From: Nemertoderma westbladi
Taxonomy: Eukaryota > Animalia > Xenacoelomorpha
Reading direction: 5' to 3'
NCBI GenBank assembly: GCA_032718475.1
Contig: JAUCBJ010002497.1
Location: 67,997 to 131,996 of the forward strand
DNA: 64,000 nucleotides
Within the stretch, counting starts at the first letter, position 1. Each line of letters begins with the position of its first letter. The translations under genes were made by a program, and so were the position numbers. Below, one piece after another: positions 1-12,265 of the stretch. The notes under the pieces are model-generated. The model searched no databases. It saw only the letters and a list, made by a program, of their open reading frames with translations, and was not told the origin of the DNA.

Positions 1-1513
1 GCTCGTCGCAGCACAACGAGCAGGCATCCTCGCGGAGAGACAACCCCCGTCCCGTCTGCTTGAGACGCAACGGTTTGGGGAGCACGAACCCGGGTCGGTC
101 GTTCGAGTCCAATAAGGGGTGGGAGTTAAAGGGGAGAGAGTCGGGAGGCGGGAATCGGAAGCGAGTTGAGCCGAAGTTAAACCGGCACTGTTGGTAAGAC
201 ATGAAGCTGGCGGCCGCGTAGAAACCAGTCTGACATCGTAGGAAGAGCTGAGATAGACCTTCTACTGGTGCGAGAGAGACGCCGTTTACAGAGAATGTAA
301 CTTGTAGCGTCGATGTGTCCAATAGGAAGCCAACCACGTCTCCTGGTTGCCAAGGAGACAGACGATGTGGTCGTGGTTTCGCTGAGTGCCACACCTTCCC
401 GCGGCATCCGTCGAAGGCGACCGAATAATCGTCGTCGCCGACCCCGTGGCCGTCGAGACGGAGGAACTTACCGGCTTCGGTAGCGAACCCGATCTGAAGG
501 ACTCCGTCGGTCACCAAGGTCACCTCGTAGTACCAGCGACCTGGTCGGGTCAGCGGTGCGGTGGAGAGCACCGACTCGAATGAGCTCGAGTCCGATCGAG
601 CTTCCAGTCCGTCCGGAGAGACTTTGAGTTTGTCGCTGGCGCTGCTCGCGTTAAGAATGACGTTGACGCCACAAGAACTGAGCGAGTCGAGTCGTTCGTA
701 AGAGAAAACGCGATCGCGCGGGACAAACAGGTTGTCGAGGAGCCACTGAGCCGTGAACCCGATTTGACGCAAGAGATTGTCTGGAGAATGGAAGAAATCC
801 TCGAGTTTAACGAGCGATTCGAAGACCGTGGATTCTTCGATTGTCGCTTTATTTTCTATTGTCAAGGAAAGTTTCTCTAAAGCGATGAGCGCAAATAGAG
901 TTGCCATGTTCAACATGTTTAACAGTCGCAGCAGATAGTCGAGCGTCTGCGGGGTCAGCAAGAGACAACATGGCGGTCCCATAACCTTCTCAGCAACGCA
1001 ACCGACAACAGAGGCCACGTTGCGATGGTAGCGCTCATCGGATGGCTCACGCTCAAAGTCCAGGTAGTTGGTGAGCATAACTATGGTGTTTTTTGACGGG
1101 ATCGCGCATTCATCGATCTGGAAGTTTATATAAGAGGTACCTATACAGCTGTGGAGAGGCACGTTTTCTAAGAGAGATAGAACAACGGCTATCCAACCAG
1201 TTTCTATCTCGGCTATTTCATGAAGCTGTACGAATGCCAATGGCGTCATTTGTGTACCACTGTCAGACATTCGCTGAGTTATCCGTAACAATTGGGTGGT
1301 AAGGTTGTCCACGTTCAATTCCTTCCGTACCTCATGCGGACTCATTTGTTCAATCAATTTGATCTGGCGTTGGGTGAGATTTATGCCGACGGAACTGATG
1401 TTGAAACGGTGTGGTGGCGTTGTATCAATGTCCCTAGGGGCGATCGCTGGAGGCATCGAACTGGGGTTAGCGTTGCGGCTACTAATCAAGCAGCAGCTAC
1501 AAACCTTACCCAT
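1..1513 (-). CDS. RSPRY1: RING finger and SPRY domain-containing protein 1 orthologue, 3'-partial (runs off the window at the start of the RING); no intron in the visible part
   Basis: Manual translation from CAT at 1511-1513 gives an open frame to the window edge: MGKVCSCC...LHEIAEIETGW...RNVASVVGCVAEK...LFALIALEKL...RQIGFTAQWLLDNLF...LKVSPDGLEARSDSSSFESV...WYYEVTLVTDGVLQIGFAT...GVGDDDYSVAFDGCR...FYAAASFMSYQQCRFNFG...REDACSLCCDE. This is colinear with vertebrate RSPRY1 as I recall it (LFALIALEKF, QVGFCAQWSLDNLF, FFAAASFMSYQQCEFNFG, CSLCCDE). Confidence 0.93.
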   Translation of the reverse strand, partial: MGKVCSCCLISSRNANPSSMPPAIAPRDIDTTPPHRFNISSVGINLTQRQIKLIEQMSPHEVRKELNVDNLTTQLLRITQRMSDSGTQMTPLAFVQLHEIAEIETGWIAVVLSLLENVPLHSCIGTSYINFQIDECAIPSKNTIVMLTNYLDFEREPSDERYHRNVASVVGCVAEKVMGPPCCLLLTPQTLDYLLRLLNMLNMATLFALIALEKLSLTIENKATIEESTVFESLVKLEDFFHSPDNLLRQIGFTAQWLLDNLFVPRDRVFSYERLDSLSSCGVNVILNASSASDKLKVSPDGLEARSDSSSFESVLSTAPLTRPGRWYYEVTLVTDGVLQIGFATEAGKFLRLDGHGVGDDDYSVAFDGCRGKVWHSAKPRPHRLSPWQPGDVVGFLLDTSTLQVTFSVNGVSLAPVEGLSQLFLRCQTGFYAAASFMSYQQCRFNFGSTRFRFPPPDSLPFNSHPLLDSNDRPGFVLPKPLRLKQTGRGLSLREDACSLCCDE

Positions 1514-1995
1514 AACGACAGAACGATAATTAATCCTGCAATCAGCCAACAGTTACTGCTGTACTGTGTACTCTGGTACTGCTGTACTGAGTTATGCTGT
1601 TCCTGTTATAGGCCTATGATGTTGACAACCACGACTTTAGAGGGATTGTAATATTAATATTAAAACAATAAAATAGGACATGGGGCCTCATTCCCTCAGA
1701 CACTACCTAGCATTTAGGGCCACTTGGGCCACTGTTAGTACTCAGGCACTAAGGCCCATCAAAAAACAAAATACCAAATCGATTTTAGTGCTACATAACC
1801 CAACCCAACTCTGCAACTACCACAAGAAAAATTACACCAAACCATACAGTAACTACAGGTTCCGGTAAGTATTGCACGAAATAGGCTATCCCATAAATTA
1901 CGAAAAATATAGGACATTTTGTCCGCCGAAAAGGTAAGTCTAGCTAATAAATAATAATAATAAATAAATAAATAATAAATTTTATAAAAATAAAA

Positions 1996-2066
1996 GGGTT
2001 TCGGAGATTTAAACACTGAACCCTGGGATTCGTGGTTCTCCTCATCAGCAGTGTGCCACGAACCCC
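1996..2066 (-). ncRNA. Candidate hammerhead ribozyme core, degenerate
   Basis: The minus strand reads CTGATGA-GGAGA...TCTCC-GAAAC. Both conserved boxes and a paired stem II are present; stems I and III are weak. Confidence 0.35.
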
Positions 2067-3409
2067 ACCTCTACCCTAACAAAACTGCACCACTAAATTA
2101 AGACAATGACCAATAAATTAGAAATCCTACCGTACCACCGAACAGAGTTGAAACCACCCACCCCCAATTATGACTGTTATGACTGACTACCGACTACAGG
2201 CTGACCGCCTCGACCGCAGTACTGCAGTATTAAGTTCTGAAGTTACAGTCAAGGACTGGTCAGCTGTCAGTCCAGCAATCGGAACTACAAAGATATAGGC
2301 CTAACAAATACGCTACCGTACATATGAGTCATATGGCATCAGAAGTACATAAGAATATAAATTACATCATCCCGGTTTATATCATTATGTAACATAGCTA
2401 CTACAGTACTACAGTAGCTACGTGCCACAATTCCGCGGCTAGTGGCCACTGAAAATAGCTCGTATCCGCAGCCTACCTGATGGCCTCGGCCCGTAGCTAC
2501 CAGTGTCACGGCTTTCGGCGTCCTTACCCCCTCAAAAAACATAAAAAATATCTTAGATATTTCATTCATTATCATTATCTTCATTAACATTCAAATTTCC
2601 CGCCAACACTAATAATTTGATACATTCTTCACTCTGTCACCTATAAATACTGGACGTACTGCTATTTCATTCATTCTGATGAATAGAATCACACGGACAT
2701 CAGACTTTCTGCTCTGTGTCCACCAGCTACTGACTGCATCCTGGCATCTGTCAGTAGCCACTTTATCCTTTATCTAATTCTAGCAGTCTCTTAGACACCC
2801 GTCTATGCGGCTGTATAAACGCCAGTATTTCTTTTGAACTGTGCGTGTGCGTTCCATTTTCATCACTACACTGCATGATTATTGTCATCCCCTTTTTGGC
2901 TCATATCGCATTTAGTGTCATGCCTGATTTAGGAAATAAATAAACTAAAGGTTTTATAATAAATAATATTTATTTTAAAGGCCATTGGCAATTAACGTTT
3001 ACATGCTCAGGTGATGAAATTACGCCAAGCGCGCCAGCACGGTAGAATACGGGCTGACGGGCGTTAGTATTACAGCCGCCAAATGAAGGTTTTACCGGCA
3101 AAGCCTCATAAAATACCCAAAAGCGACCCAAACCGCTTTCCCACTGTTTAGCCGGGACAACCAGCTATTAGAGAATCTGTCATCACGGTTTCCATAAGAT
3201 AAGATAAGGGCCGTCGAGAGGAAAAAGCGGGCACGGGGCAACATAACTGGAAAATCCGGACCCCCTTTATATTTGATGTGAAATAAGTGTAATTTACCCC
3301 CCCCCCCCCCCCCCCCCACATTCCACAAAAAACTGTTTTAGTAGCATTGGATTGGAGTGAAGGGGAAGCTACGGAGCCCCTAAAGGGACATAGGTTTCCC
3401 CTTTTTTTT

Positions 3410-3877
3410 CTAAGTACGGCCCAGAGATACTAAGTCCGGGCCAGAGATACTAAGTCCGGTCCGGAGATACTATATCAGGCCCTGAGATACTAAGTCCGGC
3501 CCGGAGATACTAAGTCCGGCCCGGAGATACTATCTCAGGCCCGGAGATAAAATACAGAACAGGTTCATAGACACTATAGCGCTGACACAGCAATTTCAAT
3601 TTGTGAGATATTTAATATGGAGACACAAGAGTATTGTTAGCACAATACAAGGTAATTTGGGCCTGGAGATAGTATCTCCGGGCCAGACTTAGTATCTCCG
3701 GGCCTGAGATGTATCTCCGGGCCTGAGATAGTATCTCCGGGCCAGACTTAGTATCTCCGGGCCTGAGATATGTAGTATTTCCGGGCCGGACTTAGTACCT
3801 CCAGGGCCTGAGATAGTATCTCCGGGCCGGACTTAGTATCTCAGGGCCGGACTTAGTATCTCCGGGCCTGAGATAAT
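3410..3877. repeat. Inverted arrays of a ~21-bp unit (foldback/MITE-like)
   Basis: (CCGGAGATACTAAGTCCGG-type)n at ~3410-3550 is mirrored by (CTTAGTATCTCCGGGCC-type)n at ~3660-3877 around a short spacer. Confidence 0.8.
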
Positions 3878-4225
3878 CTCAGTTGTTTCTCAATGAAATT
3901 CAGATATTGTTACATATTTGGAATCGTTGCAAGGCAAGCTTTTTAATGATATGAAAAAATTACGACTAATGTGAAGAATGTCCACGATATGGAGAGTGCA
4001 ATTTCGCAAAAGACACTTTTTTAAAACGCTTACATGTATAAAAAATTTTTTAAGGCAAAATCGAAAATTCCGGCTTCATGGGGTCATCGACGGTGAGTGG
4101 AACTACTGTAGTTGTGTTTCAAATTTCAAGCAATATGATATAGATTTGTAGAAAAATCTGGGGGGTGGGGGGTCCGTGTCATCAGAAAATGACACTACTG
4201 TATATTACGGGACATGGTGTACTAC
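3876..4225. mobile_element. Partial copy (one arm) of the foldback MITE family at 9950-10565
   Basis: Colinear with 10265-10565 (TCTCAATGAAATTCAGA...CCGTGTCATCAGAAAATGACACTA...CATGGTGTAC). Confidence 0.75.
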
Positions 4226-4439
4226 AGTATAGGTTGGTATTATTAGTTGGTATCACCATACCAAATTTCGTAGCCTATGATTGAAATTTGAAAATAATTA
4301 GGCCCCCTAGAAATGGTTGTTGTATTAATTAAGGGAGATCAAGATGGCGAGATATACTCTATTGCCTATACACTTATCGTTCTAGAAGTCTATAAAAAAA
4401 TATGTATTATTTCTAGAACACCTTATCTCCGCATAATAA

Positions 4440-6757
4440 CAAATTTATACGGTACTGGTGCTGTATGCGTACACCCACCGCCAAACTTTATCTATAAGCT
4501 AGTTTTTGTGAATTTCTTTTTTTGAAATGTACCATAGAACATGTTAGCTATTTATTTTGAAAAAGTTAATGTTCTAGAAAACTATTTTTTGTTCTAGAAC
4601 ATTTTTTAGACAAAAGCCAGGTTTGTATTTAAAAAGAATGGGATGGTTATAAAACGTGTATGAAATAAATTAAGTATTTTTTTTAATACAGTATTTTGAA
4701 ATTTTTCAATTAAATTATGACGATAGCTAGTAATATTTATGAGAGCTAATAAATAATAAAAGCAATTTTCACCAGAAAATTTTTTACAAAAACTAGCTAA
4801 TAAAAAGTACTAGCTAACACAAAATAAATTGCCTATGCTACTAGTACCCCTACCCCACAACGATTTCTACGCACAAAGTGGTACATAGTGTATATGAATA
4901 GATAGTTTTTATAAAAGACAATAATGTTTCCAGCGAATCACTAAAATGCTAAATACTGGTGATATAACGAACTCATAAGATTTTAATACAAACCTTCTTT
5001 TTTTCTAAAAAGATGTTCCTGAAAAGAATATTTGTTCTAGAACACTATTTTTTATAAACAAATAGCTAACATGTTCCAGAACAGTCACAAAAATAAATTT
5101 TCAAAAACTAATATGTGTGGCTGGCCACGAGAAAAGGGACCTTATGTCGCAAAACCTGATTCTGAAATAATCGCGTCTATTTTTGAACAAATTTAATTGG
5201 ATTATCAATTTAGAAATGTATAAAACGATGAGGGAAATTCAAATTGGTTCTGATATTCAATATACAGGAAATGACTAATTACAGGAAGCAATATAAGATG
5301 TTGCAGTATTGTATATCCCACTGTTTTAGGGTTTTCATGTCTGAATTTAGGGCTGTAATAAATTGTACTAATACAGTATGTAGGTACTGTAGGCCTACAG
5401 TTATTTTTTAAATGCAATATGGCTGTCATTTTCTTAATTTCTCTTCGTTAGTTCTGAAATTTTGTAAGCACCTATAGCTATAGCACTGCGATATTAAGTG
5501 ACACTGAAGAGTGAATATCAGACTGTAATTTTCAATAGTCTACCGCTAGGGGGCGATAATGTTCTAGAATGTAAATTGCTTGTCATTTTGTTAATTCCTG
5601 TCCGTTTGTTTTTAAATTTTTCTAGACACCTTCTACAATATGGGAGGGACAAGGTGGACAAACATCTACAACACTCCCAATAAAGAATTCAAAATACGAA
5701 TAATTTTAAATTTTGTAAAAAAGAAATATTTTATTTATCAAATCATATTAGTCTACAGTTACCTAGAAATAATTAAAATAAAATAATAATTGTATCTAGT
5801 TTTGTGTCTCTCCAGTTCTCCAAATACAATATCTTCTCATCATCTCAAGAGTCTATCCGTAGGCATCGTGTCGCAGTAGCTTTTCATCACCTTTCGATCG
5901 CCGCACCCCTTAAAATCATTCAAGAAAAAGAGGGGCATAGGTTGTAAGTAAGCCGCGGATCCTCTGCTGGCACGGTGGTATAGGAAAGAGGACTACGGTG
6001 ACCTCGAAGGCAAAGCCCAGTTGTACGGAGTAAGCTGAAGGAAAGTCGACATCGCAACCAATGTGCAACCGATGAATATGTGGAATCACGCTTCTCCGCC
6101 AGACGACCAGCAAGATGCGTTAAAAATCGGCCACACTCAGGTCCTGCAGCACCACTAGAGGTAAAAACGAGAGGAGTAAATGATGCACGTTCTACATTCA
6201 GTACCCTATCATTATATTTCCGTCGCTTCTCAGCCTCTTGGTTCTTTAATAAATTGTCTATGATGGATGGAATATTTTTGAAAAAATTTTATCTTTTTGA
6301 AAAAATTTAAAATTAAAAAAAAAATTATTTTGGTTACATTTTTTTTGAAAATTTTGCAAAAATTTTTTTAAAATAGTTTATTAACAATATTAATAGTTTC
6401 AAAGTGTTAAAAGTTGTATAGAAAGCCAAATAACATTGAGCTGCCTAACTATATAGTAAAAATTGCTATGATATTAATAATATTTTCCATTTTTTTTTAA
6501 TAACCGCTTATTATAACCGCTATTAATAAAAATATTTGCTACCCGATTCACCTTCACATATATCGCTATAACTTTTTTTCGGAAATAGATATTGAGACAC
6601 CGTTTTTTTTGTTAAAATCTCTGGAAAATTCTGCATCCCATAGGCCTAATAACTCAAAATCGGTCTCCGGTGACATAAGGTCCCTTTTCTCGTGGCCAGC
6701 CACATGTACAAAAAATTTGGTAGGGGGTATAGGCAATCGGCACCAGTACCAATTTAT
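4440..6757. mobile_element. Degenerate foldback element interrupted by the 5116-6704 insertion
   Basis: The arm at ~4440-4600 (GGTACTGGTG...AACATGTTAGCTATTT...TTCTAGAA) is inverted at ~5035-5110 and resumes after the insertion at ~6708-6757 (CACCAGTACC). Confidence 0.55.
5116..6704. mobile_element. Non-autonomous TIR DNA transposon, superfamily unassigned
   Basis: Perfect 33-bp TIR: TGTGGCTGGCCACGAGAAAAGGGACCTTATGTC (5116-5148) and its reverse complement (6672-6704). No recognisable transposase ORF. Confidence 0.85.
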
Positions 6758-7294
6758 ACAGCAACATCATTGATATAACTTTATAACGAAACAACGCAGG
6801 TAACTGTTCAATTATAATGGTGGTTAGTTGAATCCTATAGGACGAAGGTGACGACAGCTATCGTCGCAATAGACATGAGTTCGGGTAGCAATGATGGATA
6901 CACTACACCTCGAGAGAGTCATAACAGAGGAAAACAACATTCAAAAGGGTTATCAACAGGTTCTCAGTTGGGTTTTATACTTTGTTTGTAGGTAAAATAA
7001 TAACGGTCACCTATGGACGTACCACCTGCACTGCACAGCACACCCCAAACGCCGTAACATCTGCTTTTCATGTACCAGATAATCTTTGATAAACTCACTC
7101 ATATCTATACCGTAGTACCTAATACAATAGTATTGATTGGGGGGGAATCTTTAATTCTGGTACACAGATACACTTCACTGTGAAAGCGCAATGCTGCTCA
7201 CTAACAACTTTTTGGTTATAGAGCTGCGAGATCTCGGATACAGCAGCACGCCCCCCCCCCCCCCCCCCCCCCACACCCCCGTATTGAAGGCCGC

Positions 7295-8119
7295 ATCACC
7301 GCGAAGTGCACTGGTGTAGCGTGTAGCCCGTATCACCACGAAGTGCACTGGAGTAGCCCGTATCACCACGAAGTGCACTGGTGTAGCACGTATCACCGCG
7401 AAGTGCACTGGTGAAGCCCGTATCACCGTAAGTGCACTGGTGTAGCCCGTATCACCGGGAAGTGCACTGGTGTAGCCCGTATCACCACGAAGTGCACTGG
7501 TGTAGCCCGTATCACCACGAAGTGCACTGGTGTGTAGCCCGTATCACCACGAAGTGCACTGGTGTAGCCCGTATCACCACGAAGTGCACTGGTGTAGCCC
7601 GTATCACCACGAAGTGCACTGGTGTATCCCGTATCACCACGAAGTGCACTGGTGTAGCCCGTATCACCACGAAGTGCACTGGTGTAGCCCGTATCACCGC
7701 GAAGTGCACTGGTGTAGCCCGTATCACCACGAAGTGCACTGGTATAGCCCGTATCACCACGAAGTGCACTGGTGTAGCCCGTATCACCACGAAGTGCACT
7801 GGTGTATCCCGTATCACCACGAAGTGCACTGGTGTAGCCCGTATCACCACGAAGTGCACTGGTGTAGCCCGTATCACCGCGAAGTGCACTGGTGTAGCCC
7901 GTATCACCACGAAGTGCACTGGTGTATCCCGTATCACCACGAAGTGCACTGGTGTAGCCCGTATCACCACGAAGTGCACTGGTGTAGCCCGTATCACCAC
8001 GAAGTGCACTGGTGTAGCCCGTATCACCACGAAGTGCACTGGTGTAGCACGTATCACCGGGAAGTGCACTGGTGTAGCCCGTATAACCGGGAAGTGTACT
8101 GGTGTAGCCCGTATAACCA
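7295..8119. repeat. 30-bp minisatellite, about 27 copies
   Basis: Unit GTGCACTGGTGTAGCCCGTATCACCACGAA; it accounts for the repetitive ORFs at 7175-8136. Confidence 0.95.
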
Positions 8120-8552
8120 TTAATCTGCTTTTTTAATAGCTGTTTTTAGCTATTTATTTATATTCCGGAAAATATTATCGACTGTATACATTTTTGAGGA
8201 AGCTAGTTTTTTCGATAGTACCGGTACCTAATGTTTTTTTTTTAATTATAGATATACATTTTTTTATATATAAAACATTGGTTATCAATTTGTTGACTCC
8301 ATTTAAACACCTGCTTTTACTGTTGCATAGATTACTATCGCGCATAGCATGTCATCGCTCATTCACTGTATAACGCTGAAAAGCAGCAGTATTTATTGCG
8401 CAATGGAGCATAGCCAACAAAGTAATTAGTACATGACTCTAAACAAGTGTTCCTGAAAGTACCAAATAAAATATCATGGCACTTCCTTGTGTTGGATGAA
8501 AGTCGAAAACATTGGTTCTAAAAATAACGTTATCATGATAATGTTAATGATA

Positions 8553-9170
8553 GGGTACTTTTGCACTTTAGGTCCCCACCCCTAGATTTTTTTTGTGTGT
8601 GTTTTTTATGCAAATTACACTACTACAAGGTTAGTGTGACTATCTAGGAACATTTTTGAACATTTTTGAACATTTTTTTTTTAGAAATTATAAAAAATGT
8701 GAAAGTCAATGATATTTCAGGAAATTATTAAAAATGTGAAAGTCAATGATATTTCAGGTTAAACTGTTGAAGAATATATTAATGACCAAAATAATTTCCA
8801 AAAATTACTAGCTAGTAAAAAATACTAGCATTATACCATAAAAAATCTTTTTGCTAGCTAGTATTTTTAGAAATTATTAAAAATGTGAAAGTCAATGATA
8901 TTTCAGGTTAAACTGTTGAAGAATATATTAATGACCAAAATAATTTCCAAAAATTACTAGCTAGTAAAAAATACTAGCATTATACCATAAAAAATGTAGG
9001 TACATATGTATTTATGTTTAAATACATAAAAATGTTCTCAGATAATGCTATTCATATTCTAGAACATAATAATATTATGTTTCCTTGATATAAAAAAATC
9101 TGGGTGGTGGGGACCTAAAGTGCAAAAGTACTTTTGCACTTTAGGTCCCCACCCCTAGATTTTTTTTGTT
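8553..9170. mobile_element. MITE with ~28-bp TIR, fused to the left end of a second copy
   Basis: GGGTACTTTTGCACTTTAGGTCCCCACC at 8553 is inverted at ~9105-9131 and starts again at 9128; internal direct duplication ~8720-8845 / ~8870-8995. Confidence 0.75.
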
Positions 9171-9259
9171 AAATTAAAAATAAATAAATTCCTGTCATAA
9201 ATAAATTCCTGTCATAAATTTTTAGGAAAAAATAAGATTTTTGAAATTTTATAAAAATT

Positions 9260-9678
9260 CTAGCTACCATATTAAAACACTAGCTAGGATATTAAAACAC
9301 TAGCTACCATATTAAAACACTAGCTACCATATTAAATCATTAACTACCATATTAAAATATTAGCTACCATATTAAAACACTAGCTACCATATAAAAACAC
9401 TAGCTACCATATTAAAACACTAGCTACCATATTAAAACATTAGCTACAATATTAAAACATTAGCTACCATATTAAAATATTAGCTACCATATTAAAACAC
9501 TAGCTACCATATTAAAACATTAGCTACCATATTAAAACATTAGCTACCATATTAAAATATTAGCTACCATATTAAAACACTAGCTACCATATTAAAACAT
9601 TAGCTACCATATTAAAATATTAGCTACCATATTAAAACACTAGCTACCATATTAAAACATTAGCTACCATATTAAAAC
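9260..9678. repeat. 20-bp minisatellite (TAGCTACCATATTAAAACAY)n; resumes at ~10987-11058 after an insertion
   Basis: Direct inspection; about 21 units here plus 3-4 after the insertion. Confidence 0.9.
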
Positions 9679-9683
9679 GGTAA

Positions 9684-10986
9684 AAGTTCCGTATAGAACT
9701 GCATTTATATAACATAAATCATTGGTACCATAACAACAGTGAAGAGTTCTAGAACAAAAAATATATAATATACAATATTCTAGAACAAAAATTAAATAAA
9801 AAATTGTTGTTCTAGAAAATATAGCTAGTAATTTTTTAAATTTAAAATAGCTAGTAATAAAAAGTTTTTTTTTAATGTATGGTAGCAAAGCATACGGTAT
9901 GTAGTGATAGAAATATAAATTATCTGAAATACTTATCGAATACACATTAAAACGTAATATAGTGTCATTTTCTGATGACAGGGACACCCCCTCCCCCCAA
10001 TTTTTTCTACAAATCTTTATCATATTGCTTGGAATTTGAAACACAACTAGTTCAACTCACCGTGGTTGTTACCATGAAGCCGGAATTTTCGATTTCGCCT
10101 TTAAATTTTATTTATAAGCGTTTTAAAAAAGTGTCTTATGCGAAATCGCACCCTCTGTATCATTACCATTCTTCACTTTAGTCGTAATTTTTAAATAGAC
10201 TTAAAATTAAATAGAATAAATGGCTTGCAGCGAACAATAATTCTTGCAATCTTTGAACGCCTATTTCTCAGCTGTTTCTCAATGAAATTCAGACATTGCT
10301 ACATATTTGGAATCCTTTCAACGCAAGCTTTCTATTGATGTGAAAAAATTACGATTAAAGTGAAGAATGGCAATGATACAGAGGGTGCGATTTCGCATAA
10401 GACACTTTTTTAAAACGCTTATAAATAAAATTTAAAGGCGAAATCGAATATTCTTATTGTGTTTCAAATTTCAAGCAATATGATAAAGATTTGTAGAAAA
10501 ATTTGGGGGGGGGGGGGGGTCCGTGTCATCAGAAAATGACACTATATTACGGGTCATGGTGTACTTGTGGAGACGTCAGATACGTAAGGGAAATATGAAT
10601 GGATTCATTGAATTATTAAAGGCAATCAAATGCAAATACCCAATAGATTAACAAACTAATTAAAAACATATTTTGTATTCAAAAACATTTATATTCATAT
10701 CAATTTAAATGTATTGGAACTAATGCGAACTTTTAAATGTATAATTTTTGTCTTTATATTGTATATAATTTTAAATAACCTAGTGATTTTAAAATCTAAA
10801 AAAAAATGTTTTATTATTACTACCTATTTTAAATTAAAAAAAAACTAGCTACATGTTCTAGAACATAATATTTTTTATTATATTTATGTTCTAGAATAGT
10901 ATTACTTGTATATTGTTCTAGAACTCTTCAAAATTGCCATAGTAACAATGAAATATGTTTTAAAAATGCGGTTCTATACGGAACTC
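9684..10986. mobile_element. Foldback/MITE inserted in the 20-bp minisatellite
   Basis: AGTTCCGTATAGAAC (~9685) is inverted as GTTCTATACGGAACT (~10971-10985); imperfect arms continue inward (GAAGAGTTCTAGAACAA / TTGTTCTAGAACTCTTC). Confidence 0.7.
9950..10565. mobile_element. Palindromic foldback MITE nested in the preceding element
   Basis: Long arms: AATATAGTGTCATTTTCTGATGACA...TTTGAAACACAA versus TTGTGTTTCAAA...TGTCATCAGAAAATGACACTATATT; 10085-10190 is inverted at 10345-10447. Confidence 0.85.
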
Positions 10987-11179
10987 TAGCCATTAAAACA
11001 CTAGCTACCATACTAAAACATTAGCTACCATATTAAAACACTAGCTACCATATTAATACACATTACACATATACTACTACTAAAGTAAAACACATGTTGC
11101 AGTCTATGCTGCATTCCGCGTTGTCGATACCCGCAAGGTAACGGTACACCTGGATTATCTTTAATTAATGTCATCGGCA

Positions 11180-12265
11180 AATAAGTATAGCAGTAATTGT
11201 ATATGCGAAGGAATATCATTCACAAATCCGAAGAAGAGTATAACAGAAGCGACTGCTCCTTGGGGTACCCCACTGACCACAGATAACCAATCAGAATATT
11301 CACCATCTACAACAACTCGTTGGTATCTATCGCATAAAAAATTCTCAGTCCATTTTAAAAGATTTCCTCTTATCCCGATTGTTTTGAGTTTAAGCAGTAA
11401 GCGTTTGTGGGGGACTGCGTCGAATCCTTTGTTAAAATCCCTTTAGATTATGTCGAGGGCCAGGGACCAGTTGTAGAGAACATCCAGGAGCTGTAGTGTA
11501 CAGGAACGACCCTTCTGGAATCCGAACTGTTGTTGGGATATTAACATATTCTCTATACAGTGAGCCCACATGGTATCAACAACAATCCTTTCCATTAGTT
11601 GGCATACTACCGATGTTAAGCTAATCCTTCTGTAGTTGTCGGGATCGGTTTTTGTACCTCGTTTAAATATGGGAGATATGTTTGCTAACTTCCATGAAGG
11701 GACAGTAGCAGAATCCATAGATTGTTGATCGATATTTGCCAGTGGTTGAGCAAGAGTGCTAGACAGTTCTTTGAGCATGATAGGGTAAATACCATCGGGT
11801 CCAGATGCACTCGATGTCTTTATTTTATCAATGGCCTCTGAAGCGGGTTAAAATAGACTGTCGTTAGTTCCGTTTTGTATGTCGGTGTATACTGTACTGC
11901 ACTGTGTGGATATCTTTGTTTTCAATTGTCGACATAGAGTGGTAGTGGTTGTTGAAAACTGTAGCTTTGCCTTTGTTATCAGTGACCAGAATACCATTTG
12001 TACTGTATCGATCAAATCAAACACCGCCGGTTTTATTATTCGCTTTGTGTGGATGTATTTCCAGAATTATTAGGGATTCGTTGCCACATTTGAGGCTGTA
12101 GTTTTTTCATATTGAAATTGCGCTAGTCGGGTAGATGTGCAGCATCTGTTTCTGGAACGTGTCCCATGGCTTCCGCTTTTCTTTGATTTGTCTTTTAATC
12201 CCAGTATTTAGCCACTTTGGAAGTTTCGATTGTTTCTTTCTATGAGTTGATTGTGGTATATGTTT
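11180..12265 (-). mobile_element. CR1-type LINE, degenerate RT region; its upstream part is at 58501-58840
   Basis: PIFKRG...DPDNYRRISLTSVVCQLMERIV, QQFGFQKGRSCTLQLL, DFNKGFDAVPH, VVSGVPQG, with stops and frameshifts. Confidence 0.85.

Noticed and set aside
177-1651. Short ORFs listed in the track
   Set aside because: They are alternative-frame or antisense shadows of the RSPRY1 CDS.
5820-6310. Transposase remnant inside the 5116-6704 element
   Set aside because: The sequence is GC-richer, but I find no recognisable transposase motif in the ORFs.
7175-8136. Repetitive ORFs (CTGVARITTK, HWCSPYHHEV) and a CRISPR-like appearance
   Set aside because: Pure 30-bp tandem repeat with no unique spacers; open frames on both strands are a by-product.
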